From an uncultured Methanosarcinaceae archaeon (GTDB lineage: Archaea; Halobacteriota; Methanosarcinia; Methanosarcinales; Methanosarcinaceae), in contig CAVSHT010000007.1 of the NCBI GenBank assembly GCA_963727895.1, forward strand, positions 99,152 to 163,151: a stretch of 64,000 nucleotides of DNA, read 5' to 3'. The first letter of the stretch is position 1. Each line of letters starts with the position of its first letter. The translations under genes and the position numbers were made by a program. The notes below the pieces were generated by a model. It did no database searches. It saw only the letters and a list, made by a program, of their open reading frames with translations, and had not been told where the DNA came from. Below, piece after piece: positions 47,050-57,965 of the stretch.

Positions 47050-47789
47050 GGCATTGTTACTTAAATATATCTAGTTCTTTATTTCTTTATTTCATCAATA
47101 GAATAACCGAGTACTTTAGCATTTCAAGACTCTTCGTATAACACTTTGTCTTTCTTCTCAATCTTGCTAAAAAATGCCTCAATATGCTGTTATATCCCTC
47201 AACTGTAAATGTTTCTGCTTTTGATTGAGTATGAATCTTTTCTGGAAGAAACTCTGCATATGCTCTCCAGTGATCTGTCATCACTTCTCCAATCTCTTTT
47301 TTCTTCAATTTTTCCCAGAGTAGTTTTCCAGTTTCCGTTCCTCTGATGCCAAAAGAGCAGTTGATGAACTTTTTCCCAACTCTATCAACAGCAATCCAGA
47401 TCCAGCAATATTTTTTTTGTTACCGATGTACGTGTGCATTTCATCCATTTCAACAATAGATATCTCATTTTCGCTTTTTAGGTCCTCTAACTCCTGACCA
47501 AATTTCTTTATCCATTTTTGGACAGAAACATGACTTATCCCTAAAACTCTTCCTATTGAACGAAAGCCCAATCCTTCAAGATAGAGTTGTAAAGCCTGTC
47601 TTTTTACAGAAGCGGAAAAAGCAGTTGATTTTAGCTCTACTGTATAGTTATAGCCACAATCAGAGCATTTGTACCGTTGACGCCCACCAACTATACCGTT
47701 CTTTTTGTGACTGGAACTATTGCATCTGGGGCAGTTCATGCAGAAATAGAGGTTCTCATAATAAATAACTATAGTTAATTAGCAAAGCC
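47050..47789 (-). mobile_element. IS1-family element, copy 4 (insA/insB in the frameshift arrangement; variant left end)
   Basis: Ends GGCTTTGCTAATT / AAGTAACAATGCC; A8 slip site; no TSD. Confidence 0.92.
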
Positions 47790-47994
47790 TTATAATAATC
47801 TACAAGTTCTTCAAGTTCTTTTTTATCTAGACCATCAAAAAATTGAGGATAATATTAAAAAATGTAGTAATTATGCTGATACTGGCACGATTACTACTTT
47901 TTAAAAAAATAGAATTATCAATTAAAAGTCACATTTCTTCTTAACTCTACTAACTCTACTAAGTCACATTTCTTCTTAACTCTACTATTTCTTC

Positions 47995-48179
47995 TACAGA
48001 AGCGGAAAAAGCAGTTGATTTTAGCTCTACTGTATAGTTATAGCCACAATCAGAGCATTTGTACCGTTGACGCCCGCCAACTATACCATTATTTTTGTGA
48101 CTGGAACTATTGCATCTGGGGCAGTTCATGAAGAAATATATGTTATAAGCATATATATCTATTTTTGATTACCAATACC
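47995..48179 (-). mobile_element. IS1-family left-end fragment
   Basis: GGTATTGGTAATC end plus the first ~45 codons of insA. Confidence 0.9.
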
Positions 48180-48231
48180 AAATATTTAATTTTCCTTTTA
48201 TGTTTAGAAAAGTATATACTCTTTTCATTCA

Positions 48232-48540
48232 ATGTATATTGATATGATTGATGAGGAAAATATCCAGCTTTTTAAGGCACTGAGTGAAGATACAAGGTAT
48301 AGAATCATAAAAGCTCTTCTCGAAGCCGAACGCAAATGCAAAGATAAATCTGGCTGTAAAGGAGAATTATGCGCCTGTGAGATTCCAGAACTCATCGGAA
48401 GAACTCAGTCCAATACCTCGATGCACCTTGCAAAGTTACAAGACTGGGGGATAATTAAAGTAAGAAAAGAAGGAAAAATGAGGCTCTACTCTATAGAAAA
48501 CGATAAAATCAGGAAAATTCTAAAAGTTATTGAAGAGTGA
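48232..48540 (+). CDS. ArsR/SmtB transcriptional regulator
   Basis: FKALSEDTR, ELCACEI, SNTSMHL. Confidence 0.92.
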   Translation: MYIDMIDEENIQLFKALSEDTRYRIIKALLEAERKCKDKSGCKGELCACEIPELIGRTQSNTSMHLAKLQDWGIIKVRKEGKMRLYSIENDKIRKILKVIEE

Positions 48541-48987
48541 TTTTTTACCACTAATACAATAAAAACTCAATAGTTATTCGACCTGAAAACGTTCTCCTTC
48601 AAGGGGAATAAGTTTTTTGCTTTGCTTTTTCTTCATACTATAATGAAATCTTCCCTGTTCTAACTTATGAATGATTTTCTAATGAAGATAACTTTCTTTT
48701 TCGCAAATAGCTCATTTACGTATATCTACAATTTTTTCAATAATGTTTTTTCACTTTGTTTTATAGTTTTCTCGACTATTTAGGGAATTTACATACTTGT
48801 TTTTCCAAAAACATACTAAAAAATATTTTGATGCCCAAACAAAAGCTTGTGGAGTTCGAAAAGTTTCATGTTTCAGGCTCGACAGACAACTTAATATAGT
48901 AACACCTAGTATCAACATATATTGATATAATTAGTTATTGAGGCGTGAAATACTAACAAATATAATTTCTAAAAGAGGGATCTCAAA

Positions 48988-49959
48988 ATGGTTGACATAT
49001 TCTATCCTCTTCAATGGATTGCTGACAAACTGACATATGAGGTATTCAGGATCGCACCTGATACACACCTTGGAGCAAGTGTCAACTTTATTATTTACGA
49101 TGTTATGAAAATCTTCATCCTGCTGGCTGTGATGATTTTTTTCATATCCTACCTCAGAACCTACATTACTCCTGAAAAAACACGAAAAATTCTCGGAGGA
49201 AAAAAAGGACTTCACTACCATCTTCTTGCCTCCCTGATAGGAACAGTTACACCTTTCTGTTCCTGTTCATCAGTTCCGATCTTCATAGGGTTTGTGGAAG
49301 CTGGAGTTCCTCTTGGAGTAACTTTCTCTTTCCTTATTACTTCTCCCTTAGTAAACGAAGCAGCAGTTGCTGCGCTGTGGGCCACCATTGGTCTTAAAGC
49401 AACCCTGCTCTATGTAGTATCAGGTGTTTTACTTGGCGTTTTTGGTGGGTATATTATAGGTATCCTGAAAATGGAAAAATATGTAGCTGATTTCGTTTAT
49501 AAGGTTAAAGTGGGAGATCAGTCCAAAAAGCCTGAAGAACTCAACATAAAGGAACGGGCTGCTATTGCCTATGACAGTGTTAAAGATATCGTGGGAAAAG
49601 TCTGGATCTATGTAATTATTGGAGTTACTCTCGGAGGAATCTTCCATGGATACGCACCTGAGGGTATCTTGGCAACATATGCAGGTAAGGACAATCCACT
49701 TGCTGTCCCAATTGCGGTCGTTATAGGGGTTCCTCTCTACTCAAATGTTATGGCTATGATTCCAATAGTAGAAAGCTTGATTGGCAAAGGGCTTCCAGTA
49801 GGGACTGCTCTAGCCTTCCTTATGGCTGTCAATGGAATTTCTCTTCCCGAAATAATAATCCTGAAAAAAGTGCTCAAAAATGAGTTGATAGTGGCTTTTG
49901 TTTTAATTATGACTATATCAATTATTTTCACAGGATATTTGTTTAATATTATTCTATGA
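48988..49959 (+). CDS. ArsP/DUF318-family permease
   Basis: TPFCSCSSVP, GVPLY, SLPE. Confidence 0.9.
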   Translation: MVDIFYPLQWIADKLTYEVFRIAPDTHLGASVNFIIYDVMKIFILLAVMIFFISYLRTYITPEKTRKILGGKKGLHYHLLASLIGTVTPFCSCSSVPIFIGFVEAGVPLGVTFSFLITSPLVNEAAVAALWATIGLKATLLYVVSGVLLGVFGGYIIGILKMEKYVADFVYKVKVGDQSKKPEELNIKERAAIAYDSVKDIVGKVWIYVIIGVTLGGIFHGYAPEGILATYAGKDNPLAVPIAVVIGVPLYSNVMAMIPIVESLIGKGLPVGTALAFLMAVNGISLPEIIILKKVLKNELIVAFVLIMTISIIFTGYLFNIIL

Positions 49960-50050
49960 GAGTAAAGTTTTCTGAAACCTGAAAAACAAAAAAATACTAA
50001 AACAAAAACAATATAAATCAAAACAATAAAAATCATTTGAGGTTAAAAAT

Positions 50051-50284
50051 ATGAAAATTGAAATTCTTGGTACCGGTTGTCCAAAATGTAAGAAAACAAA
50101 AGAAGTTATTGAAAAAGTATTAACGGAAACTGGTGTTGAAGCTGAAGTTGTTAAAGTAGAAGATATTGAAAAAATTTTGAACTACGGTGTTATGGTCACT
50201 CCAGCAGTTGTAGTTGATGGAGACCTGAAAACAGTAGGCAAGGTTCCGGATGGAAAAGAAGTTCTAAAATGGCTTTCTAAATAA
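50051..50284 (+). CDS. Small thioredoxin-like redox-active disulfide protein
   Basis: GTGCPKC, YGVMVTPAVVVDG. Confidence 0.92.
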   Translation: MKIEILGTGCPKCKKTKEVIEKVLTETGVEAEVVKVEDIEKILNYGVMVTPAVVVDGDLKTVGKVPDGKEVLKWLSK

Positions 50285-50298
50285 CAGACGAGACTTCA

Positions 50299-51568
50299 TA
50301 TGGAATAATTGCGATTGACGGTTGTCCGGTTAACTGTGCAAGCAAAACTCTAGAACTTGCAGGTTTTAAAGTATAGTCACCTCTGTATTTACTGCAACAT
50401 TATTATACCTGAAATTAGTATATAATTTTATATATAAGTTCGGAAATGGTTACAACTTTTGATATTTCTACAGCTATCATAAATTCCTGTAACAAAAACG
50501 AGCAGATTAAACTTCAAGCCTTATTATTGGTCAAAAATGGTTTGAGTCCCGCTAAAGTTGCCGACGATTTTTCAGTTCACCGTTCAACTGTTCATCGCTG
50601 GATAAAACGAGCTGAAACCGACGGTTTGTTTAGCCTTAAATGTAAACCTGGTCGAGGAATCAAGTCTTTTTTAACTGCAGAACAATTATCTGAGTTAAGA
50701 GAGGCATTTTTAGAACCTATACCAACAGATGATGTTTATTCTCGTGGTTGGTAAACAAAAGATGCAGTTCAATTTGTCAAGGAAAAATTTGGAGTATCTT
50801 ATTCCAAATCAAGAATGAGACAAATTTTAAAAAATTTAGGGTTGAGAAAAATCACATGTCGACCTCAATCTAAAAGAAGAAATGAGGTGCTTAAAAAATA
50901 ATTCATAAGAGAAGTCCAAAAAACAGATTACTAAACCCTAATCATTTATTCGTTACCCATGATGAAAGTAATTTTTGTGTGGATTCAAATAGATCAAGAT
51001 GTTGGGCAATAAAGGGCTCAAAACCTATTAAATTTACAAGTGGTTCAAAAGCAAAAATCAATATTGGAGGATTCTACACTGAAAATGGAGAGTTTTATTG
51101 GTATGATTTAGGAATTACACAGAATACAGACTCTTACTTAAAATCATTAATCAAGTTTCAAAGAGATATAGGGGCAAGGATATTTCTTTTACTGGACAGA
51201 GCTACATGGCATAGATCAGCAAAGGCAAAGGAATTTTATCAAAATAATAAGCATTGGTTGAAAATAGTATTTTTCCCTCCAGCTACTCCAGATAGGAACC
51301 CAACAGAATACTGTTGGAAAGTGACAAGAGAAAACTTAACGTCAATAAAATCATTTAAAAATATTGAAGCATTAAAGGAAGAAATGAATGAATTTTGGGA
51401 GAAACATACATTTAAACATAAAATGTCGCATTATTTAAAGTGGTGACTATAGATTGCCATATTGTAATTTCTGAGTTAGGAATCAAAAAGACTAAAGATA
51501 AATCCCTCAAGGATAATGAAATCTCAGAAGCTCTAGAAAAAACTCTTGAGATCCTACAGTCCGAGTAA
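50299..51568 (+). pseudogene. DGC-domain zinc-binding protein remnant split by IS630
   Basis: IIAIDGCPVNCASKTL..AGFKV|DCHIVISELGIKK is contiguous once the IS is removed; N-terminus missing. Confidence 0.8.
50374..51449 (+). mobile_element. IS630-family element (defective, TAA in orfA), TA duplication
   Basis: TA-TAGTCACC...GGTGACTA-TA; HTH orfA; DDE motifs DES, DRATWH, NPTE. Confidence 0.92.
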
Positions 51569-51866
51569 TCTCGGACTCAACTAAATTTTAGGTATCTCAT
51601 AAGAGAACTGCAGGGTTTTGCACTTAACCGAATAGTTCTTGATTTAATAAATATTAATGCTAATGAAAATATGTATAATTGCCATCTTTCTACAATTACT
51701 CTAATACCTGGTTTTATCTCATACCTAGTGGCTGCTACTTTACTTAAGCAAGGCGCAACTTCTGCTGTTGTTGCGGTTTTTTTTAAATCCGATATTTAGA
51801 TCAGTAGTTTTGAGTTTTATTATCAGCTTAATAAATAATATATTATAAAATTTAAAAGGTGACCTA

Positions 51867-52187
51867 TTGACCGAAATTACCGTAAATTCCAATATATGTG
51901 GATTTGTTCACAAAGTCAGTGGAAATAATAAAGGAAGCAAAATAATCGTTGACATCGAAACTCCTTGTGAAAAGATAAAGAAGTTTTCTCATATGGAAGT
52001 TCCTATGATGGAAATTATGGACATTAAAAACAATTACGTGATTGATAGAGCACAGGAAGCTAAGTGCTGCTCAAATTGTCTTGTACCCTGTGCAGTACTC
52101 AACCTCTGCAGACTGGAGAGCGGCTTCCTGGCAAAATCTCTAGCGAAAAAAGCAGGCAGCTTAAGCATCGAATTCACTGATCTTTGA
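51867..52187 (+). CDS. Conserved Cys-rich hypothetical protein
   Basis: GGTGA RBS + TTG start; ICGF, TPC, CCSNCLVPC. Confidence 0.7.
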   Translation: MTEITVNSNICGFVHKVSGNNKGSKIIVDIETPCEKIKKFSHMEVPMMEIMDIKNNYVIDRAQEAKCCSNCLVPCAVLNLCRLESGFLAKSLAKKAGSLSIEFTDL

Positions 52188-52340
52188 AGCTGTTTTTCAC
52201 ACAATTGGTTTTTTGAGGTATCATCTCTATTGGAGTTGAAAGGTCTTAATTTAAGAATTTTCATCTCCATTTTGATGTCAGTTAAACTAAAGTTTTTACT
52301 TATTGTGATCTTTCTACTTCTAGCGAGTACAAGTAGAAAT

Positions 52341-53054
52341 TTATCTTTTTTCAAGTTTTGCTCTTTCTTGAAAAGTTAGAAAACTGTATATTTCAGCTTT
52401 TAAAGTACGAATCAAGATTTTAAGGTTCTTAAGTGCTTTTTCTCCAGTATTGAACTTACAGTCCAGGCGTATAGGTGTGTCTGACATATCCACAAATTCC
52501 CAGGGATGGAAAAAGATTACAGGAGCTTTTGAATGCTTAATGAATGGGAGAAATATTTTTGGAGGAATCCTTAGAAAAGAAGAGGTAATAGTGGCAGGAA
52601 CCCTTATTATTTTACTTTCGGTTTTACTCTGAAAAAATGGGGGCTTGTATGCTGCGACAGAAGAATCGTAAAGGAAACCTTCTTCTTCCAGAAGTTTTAG
52701 ATAATTTTTCGGGAACTGCAAATTTGGGGCTCTAAAAGATACGAGGTTCTTTTCAAATTGCCTCAAAACTTTCCCAGCTTGCTGAAGAGCAATTTTTGCT
52801 TCTTCCTTTTCCATCCGGTCAAAACGTGTGTGAGTATATCCGTGACATCCAAGTTCATGTCCTTCGTCAGGAATTCTGTGGATAAGGTCAGGATACTGCT
52901 TAGCCATCATTCCGGTAACAAAAAACGTTGCTTTTATATTTTCTTTTTTGAAAAGATCAAGCAACTCAGGAAGTCCTTCTTCCATGCCTCTAGTGCTTGT
53001 AAGCATTGGAGGACAGTCTTCTTCCACATCAACGGTTATTGTGATATTTTTCAT
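52341..53054 (-). CDS. Polysaccharide deacetylase family protein
   Basis: TVDVEED, ATFFV, HELGCHGYTH, FRAP, YDSS, HPWE. Confidence 0.92.
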   Translation of the reverse strand: MKNITITVDVEEDCPPMLTSTRGMEEGLPELLDLFKKENIKATFFVTGMMAKQYPDLIHRIPDEGHELGCHGYTHTRFDRMEKEEAKIALQQAGKVLRQFEKNLVSFRAPNLQFPKNYLKLLEEEGFLYDSSVAAYKPPFFQSKTESKIIRVPATITSSFLRIPPKIFLPFIKHSKAPVIFFHPWEFVDMSDTPIRLDCKFNTGEKALKNLKILIRTLKAEIYSFLTFQERAKLEKR

Positions 53055-54159
53055 GGATTACACTTCTATATACCATGCATGTTTGCTCACATATTCGGTT
53101 CCAATCATAATTTGAAAGTCCACTGATAGCTTCTTTGGCAAAAGAAGTTCTCAGGGTTGGATCTTCTATAAGGTTCTCTAAAGCAGAAGCAAACTCTGTG
53201 AGGTTGTCTGCGAGGTAGCCGTTTACACCATTTGTGATAATATCTGATACCCCACTATTATTCATTGCGACAACAGGAACTTCTTTTGACATTGCTTCCA
53301 GGATCGAAATTCCAAATGCCTCATTACTTGAGGGGAGAGCAAAGATATCTGCCTGTTCGAGATATCCCAGTACTTTTTCTCTGGGTACTTCTCCTGTAAA
53401 ATAAAAATTTCTGGATAAACCGGAATCTTTTACATTTTTTTCCAGTCTACATTTTAGTTCGCCGTCTCCTATCATTACAAATAGTAAATTTTTGTGCTTC
53501 TGCAGAAGGGAAGGGGCAAGATTCACAATATGCTGAACACCTTTTTTCTTTGTCATGCGTGCAACTGTAACTATTACGATATTTCCTTTGGTATCAACAG
53601 GAATTGGAACTTTTATGATTTTATCTCCAGAATCAACCCCGTTAAAAATTCGATAAATTGGTTTTTTTGTCATTATCTTAGAGTCTTTTTCAACGGCTGA
53701 GCTGACTGCGATTATAGCGTCTGCATTTTTTAAGAGAAATTTGCCTGTAAGGTATAAAAAAAGTCGATATGGTGTGTTTCCTACAAGAGAATGATTAGTA
53801 ACAACAACAGGAATTCCAAGTTTTCTAGATGCGAGAAGAGCACCCATACTAAGAGGGGAATCTAATCCATGAGAATTGACGATATCGTAATTTCCGTTTT
53901 TTAAAATATTATATAATTCTTTATATGCGCTTGGTGCAAGAAATCGTTTTTGTCCGTGTAAAGGTTTACCTTCTACTCTTACTACTAATACCCCATTTCT
54001 TTTACTGTATTTAGGTAAACCTGGATAGCTTCTTGTAATAACACTGACATCATTTCCATGTGTGCTAAGGGTTTTAGCAAGTGTATGCATGGAATACTCT
54101 ATTCCGCCAACCTTTGGGAAATACCAGTCACTGATCAGTGCAATTTTATGTTTTTCCAT
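53029..54159 (-). CDS. Glycosyltransferase family 4
   Basis: PKVGGIE, KKGV, EAFGISILEAM. Confidence 0.93.
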   Translation of the reverse strand: MEKHKIALISDWYFPKVGGIEYSMHTLAKTLSTHGNDVSVITRSYPGLPKYSKRNGVLVVRVEGKPLHGQKRFLAPSAYKELYNILKNGNYDIVNSHGLDSPLSMGALLASRKLGIPVVVTNHSLVGNTPYRLFLYLTGKFLLKNADAIIAVSSAVEKDSKIMTKKPIYRIFNGVDSGDKIIKVPIPVDTKGNIVIVTVARMTKKKGVQHIVNLAPSLLQKHKNLLFVMIGDGELKCRLEKNVKDSGLSRNFYFTGEVPREKVLGYLEQADIFALPSSNEAFGISILEAMSKEVPVVAMNNSGVSDIITNGVNGYLADNLTEFASALENLIEDPTLRTSFAKEAISGLSNYDWNRICEQTCMVYRSVIHEKYHNNR

Positions 54160-55124
54160 ATTTTAAACCCTCCATAATAAAAGAGGTAAAGAAATCCTAT
54201 AAGGCTGCTAAGCCCATAGGAAATAAAGCGTTCCAAGAAAACGAAACTGCCTGCAGAGGCGAGAGGTAACCCAAAATATAGAAGCAGGGAAGTTAGCCCT
54301 CCTTCGACTATTCCTATTCCCCCAGGAGTTATTGGCAGAAGTCCGAGTAGAAGGTACAATATTGAAACTGCTGCAATAATATACAGAGATAGAGGGAGAT
54401 TGAGAGCTAAGGCAATTAATTTTAATCGCATTATATCAAGGACCCAGACTCCACAGGATAATAGGAGAGCCGGAATAAAAGATTTGTGAAGCTTTTTCCA
54501 GTTTTGCTGTATCTCCTTGAGAAGGACAATAAATCGTTCCCGGAAAATCCATAATATTATCACTGCAATTGCTGGGACGATCAAGAGTAACAGGTATGTT
54601 GAGCTTAAAGTTGGGATACTTTTCTGGGGCAGGAATTTAATCTCTAAAGAGGTAAAGAAATACAGTACATAGAATAATAGCAGGACAATGGGAATTACTT
54701 CAACAACTCTTTCAAAGAGTACGGTTATGAACTCGTCAGTATAGCTTATCCCAAAACGCTTGTTAGCCCAGAATATTCGCAAGGGTTCTCCTCCTGTCCG
54801 GTTCGCTGGAGTTACGTTGTTCACAAAAATTGCCCCGAAAAGAATGGGAAAAAGGTCTTTGGGTCTAAGCTTATAATCAACGCAGGAAAGCACTTGCTGC
54901 CAGCGAATTGCAAATAAGTACACACTTAACAGGTAAACTAAAAATGCTAGAATAACGTATCGAATCCGTGTTTCAGCGAGAATTTTCGAGCTATCTAATA
55001 CAGCAGGTGCAATATCCTTCCAGTATATGTGGATAAGAAATACTCCCACTGTAAGCAATATAAGTGTAGCTATGGCTTTCTTTAAGATTCCCATATTCAA
55101 AAATACGCCCTCACAGGGATTCAA
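54135..55124 (-). CDS. UPF0104 / lysylphosphatidylglycerol synthase TM-like flippase
   Basis: RW, NNVTP..TGGEP.R, ER, PITPGGIGIVE. Confidence 0.9.
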   Translation of the reverse strand: MNPCEGVFLNMGILKKAIATLILLTVGVFLIHIYWKDIAPAVLDSSKILAETRIRYVILAFLVYLLSVYLFAIRWQQVLSCVDYKLRPKDLFPILFGAIFVNNVTPANRTGGEPLRIFWANKRFGISYTDEFITVLFERVVEVIPIVLLLFYVLYFFTSLEIKFLPQKSIPTLSSTYLLLLIVPAIAVIILWIFRERFIVLLKEIQQNWKKLHKSFIPALLLSCGVWVLDIMRLKLIALALNLPLSLYIIAAVSILYLLLGLLPITPGGIGIVEGGLTSLLLYFGLPLASAGSFVFLERFISYGLSSLIGFLYLFYYGGFKIWKNIKLH

Positions 55125-55449
55125 AATGGAATTTCTGTGTATATTTTTATTAATTAAAATATGTGTGTCTATCTGGATCTTCTCGTAATTGAGATCGATT
55201 GCATTCTGGATCCAGTACCTTCTTCAGATCAAATAAGGAATATTTAATATATTCTTTTTTACGTATCAAAAGATCGTATTTTTTCTATTTCCGAAGGTTG
55301 CAGTTTATTAAAAGGAAGTTCTGGTCTCTTACTTGATTCCATTCCTATTTTTGGATTCTTTTTATATAATACCTGTCATCACTTCATGTAACTCTTCTCT
55401 TATTCAATTGTTTAACTTTTCTGGAATCCAGATATGAATTACGTTTCTC

Positions 55450-56085
55450 TCAGGTTGTAAACACCACATCAACCCTTTCTACATCCCATAAAGAACTCAG
55501 TTTTTCCACAATATCCTCTTTTATCGCTGGAGCAAACTGGTGGTTTGCAGGTAAATCGACGACTACTCTTACTATTCCATCTTCAACGGTTGTTTTAAGA
55601 ATTAAGTTTGTTCGAATTATATCAAGACCTGCCAAGGGGTTCATAACATGTTTTAGCCTTTTTCTAATTACTTCTTCGGTGGTAGGCTCTTTTTCAGTTA
55701 CAAGCCCGTGTTTTTCCTCATAATCTGTGATTGCAGCACGCAGGCCTTCAACTGCAAGCACTGAACAATGGGCTTTAATCGGGGGAAGCCCCCCAAGTTC
55801 TTCTGAGGCTTGTTTCCACGTTATTTTCTTTGCTTCATCAAGGGTCTTTCCATGTGCAAGGTCTGTAATAACTGAGCCTGTAGCAATATTTGATGCACAG
55901 CCGTATGATTCGAATTTTATATCTTCAATAATCTTGGTATCAGGATTAACTTTTATATAAACTGCAACCATATCTCCACAAGCCGGACTTCCTTCAAGGC
56001 CTTTTCCGTCAGGATTCTCTATCTTTCCAACATTGTGTGGGTTCCTGAAATGTTCCAGCACTTTTTGACTGTAAGGAAATTTCAT
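55450..56085 (-). CDS. iscU: IscU/NifU scaffold with a C-terminal DUF59-like extension
   Basis: HFRNPHNVG, PACGD, YGCASN, LPPIKAHCS; L..VMNPLAGLDII extension. Confidence 0.88.
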   Translation of the reverse strand: MKFPYSQKVLEHFRNPHNVGKIENPDGKGLEGSPACGDMVAVYIKVNPDTKIIEDIKFESYGCASNIATGSVITDLAHGKTLDEAKKITWKQASEELGGLPPIKAHCSVLAVEGLRAAITDYEEKHGLVTEKEPTTEEVIRKRLKHVMNPLAGLDIIRTNLILKTTVEDGIVRVVVDLPANHQFAPAIKEDIVEKLSSLWDVERVDVVFTT

Positions 56086-56158
56086 TGTCTCACCTTTCTT
56101 TAATTTTCTTGCTGCTGTTTTATGATTCTCTTTAAATATTCGGTTTTGACTTCTCCAG

Positions 56159-57391
56159 TCATTTCTTTGCAAGGGGGCTTATTTCCCTTAGCCTCATTAC
56201 TATCTCACTCATTGCATCAATTGCAGCGTTAGCGTCTTCAATTTTGTTATAGCGCCCGAAGGTAAAGCGTACTGAACCGTGGGCTCTCTCATGGTCTCCT
56301 CCTATACCTCTAATTACGTGGCTGGCTTCGAGGGAACGGCTAAAACAGGCTGAACCAGTACTTACTGCAAAACCCTTCATATCCATATGCAAAGTTACTG
56401 ATTCGCCTTCCACATAATGAAAAGTCAGATTTGCGTTCTGAGGCAAGCGTTTTTCCCTGCTTCCGTTAAGAGTAACTTCCGGAATCTCAGAGAGGGCTTT
56501 TTCAATTACTCGATCTCTCATGGCTTTGAGTTTCGTATTTTCTTCCTCAGTTACGAGATCTACAGCTTTTGCAAAGCCTACAACGGATGGAATGTTTTCT
56601 ACTCCTGCCCTCAGGTTAAACTCTTGAAAACCTCCATCCATTAATTTTGTTATTGGTGTATCTTTCCGGATGTAAAGAGCACCTATTCCTCTTGGACCAT
56701 GAATAGTGTGAGCGGAAATAGTTATAAGATCAACTGGCAGCTCTTTTACACTGAGAGGTAACCGTGTAAAGCTATGAGTAGCATCAGTGTGCAGGAGCAC
56801 ATCTTTTTCTTCGCATATTTCTGAAATAGTCTTCAAGTTCTGCGTTGTTCCTATTTCCTGATTCCCTTGCTGGATTGAGACAAGAATCGTTTCCTTTGTG
56901 ATTGAATTTTTAAGCCCTTCAATATCTACAAATCCTTCGCTGTCTACATCAAGGAAAGTAACACTAAAACCCTGTCTTTCAAGAGTTTTTGCTGTATTAA
57001 GCACGGAAAACTCTTCAATCTTTGAAACAATAATATTCTTTCCTTTTTTTTCTTTAAGAGCTGAAGCCACTCCTTTAAGCGCAGTATTGCTTGATTCAGT
57101 GGATCCTGATGTAAAGATAATCTCTTCAGAGTTTGCATCAAGTCTTGAAGCTATGCTTTCGCGGGATTTTGCAAGTGCTTCTTTTGCGTCTATGCCCATA
57201 GAATAGCCAAACTCTGAAGTTGCTACTGCATAGGTATCAAAAAAATAAGGTGTCATTGCTTCAAGTACTCGCTCATCCAATCGTGTACACGCGGCATTAT
57301 CAAGATATATTATATTCTCAAATATTTTTTCTCCCTCCCCTTCAAAATAATAAAATTTTGAGTTTTTACCATTAAATCCCGGATTTTTCAA
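56159..57391 (-). CDS. Cysteine desulfurase-like protein lacking the PLP lysine; start uncertain
   Basis: IYLDNAA, FTSGSTES, SAHTIHGPRG (T in place of K), STGSAC. Confidence 0.88.
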   Translation of the reverse strand: MKNPGFNGKNSKFYYFEGEGEKIFENIIYLDNAACTRLDERVLEAMTPYFFDTYAVATSEFGYSMGIDAKEALAKSRESIASRLDANSEEIIFTSGSTESSNTALKGVASALKEKKGKNIIVSKIEEFSVLNTAKTLERQGFSVTFLDVDSEGFVDIEGLKNSITKETILVSIQQGNQEIGTTQNLKTISEICEEKDVLLHTDATHSFTRLPLSVKELPVDLITISAHTIHGPRGIGALYIRKDTPITKLMDGGFQEFNLRAGVENIPSVVGFAKAVDLVTEEENTKLKAMRDRVIEKALSEIPEVTLNGSREKRLPQNANLTFHYVEGESVTLHMDMKGFAVSTGSACFSRSLEASHVIRGIGGDHERAHGSVRFTFGRYNKIEDANAAIDAMSEIVMRLREISPLAKK

Positions 57392-57529
57392 TATTAGGGC
57401 TTTTTAATCCGAAATATTTCCTGAATTGTAATTTTACTCATTATTAGCAAAGTATGAAAGAGTTTAAACAGGCAAACCGCAAAAATTTTCATCAATATAA
57501 TAATTTAATTCTAAAGCTTCTTCAGGCTT

Positions 57530-57948
57530 TTATATAAAGAGAGTTATGTTTACATCCCTTGCTTCCTGATTATAAGAACTCACAGCTCCCCATTCGCCTA
57601 TCCATTCTGTTCGGAGTTCCTCTTTAATTAAGCCCATGATTTCCATGGTCATCTCGCAGGAGATTATTTTTCCACTGAGTTCCTTGAAATCATCATCAAT
57701 TTTTCAAGAGAAGCAGCATTGGCTTTGTTCATTCTTTTCTTGATCATCTGCCTTCCAATTTCTAGCATATTCATCCTGGAAAGCGGTCCCTTATCAAGTT
57801 CTCCTTTTTTCAAGCGCATTAGCCCCCAGAAAGTAAAATATATAGAGGCTTCCATGCCCATTGCCAGAGCACCGTTTGCAATTATAAGTGCGCTATATAT
57901 TTTATCCATATATCCACTGTGCAGGACAATTACTGTCTTTTCCCCCAT
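57530..57948 (-). pseudogene. DsrE/DsrF-like (DrsE_2) sulfur relay protein, frameshift near 57695
   Basis: HSG..DK, IIANGA.AMG, FTFWGL; CEMTMEIMG is in the shifted frame. Confidence 0.82.
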
Positions 57949-57965
57949 TTCGCCCCTCTTCCGCT

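Noticed and set aside
48570..48892. Degenerate MITE/IS remnant between arsR and the permease (AGTTATTCGACCTGAAA ... TTTCAGGCTCGACAGACAACT)
   Set aside because: The inverted repeats are too imperfect and there is no TSD, so I cannot support it
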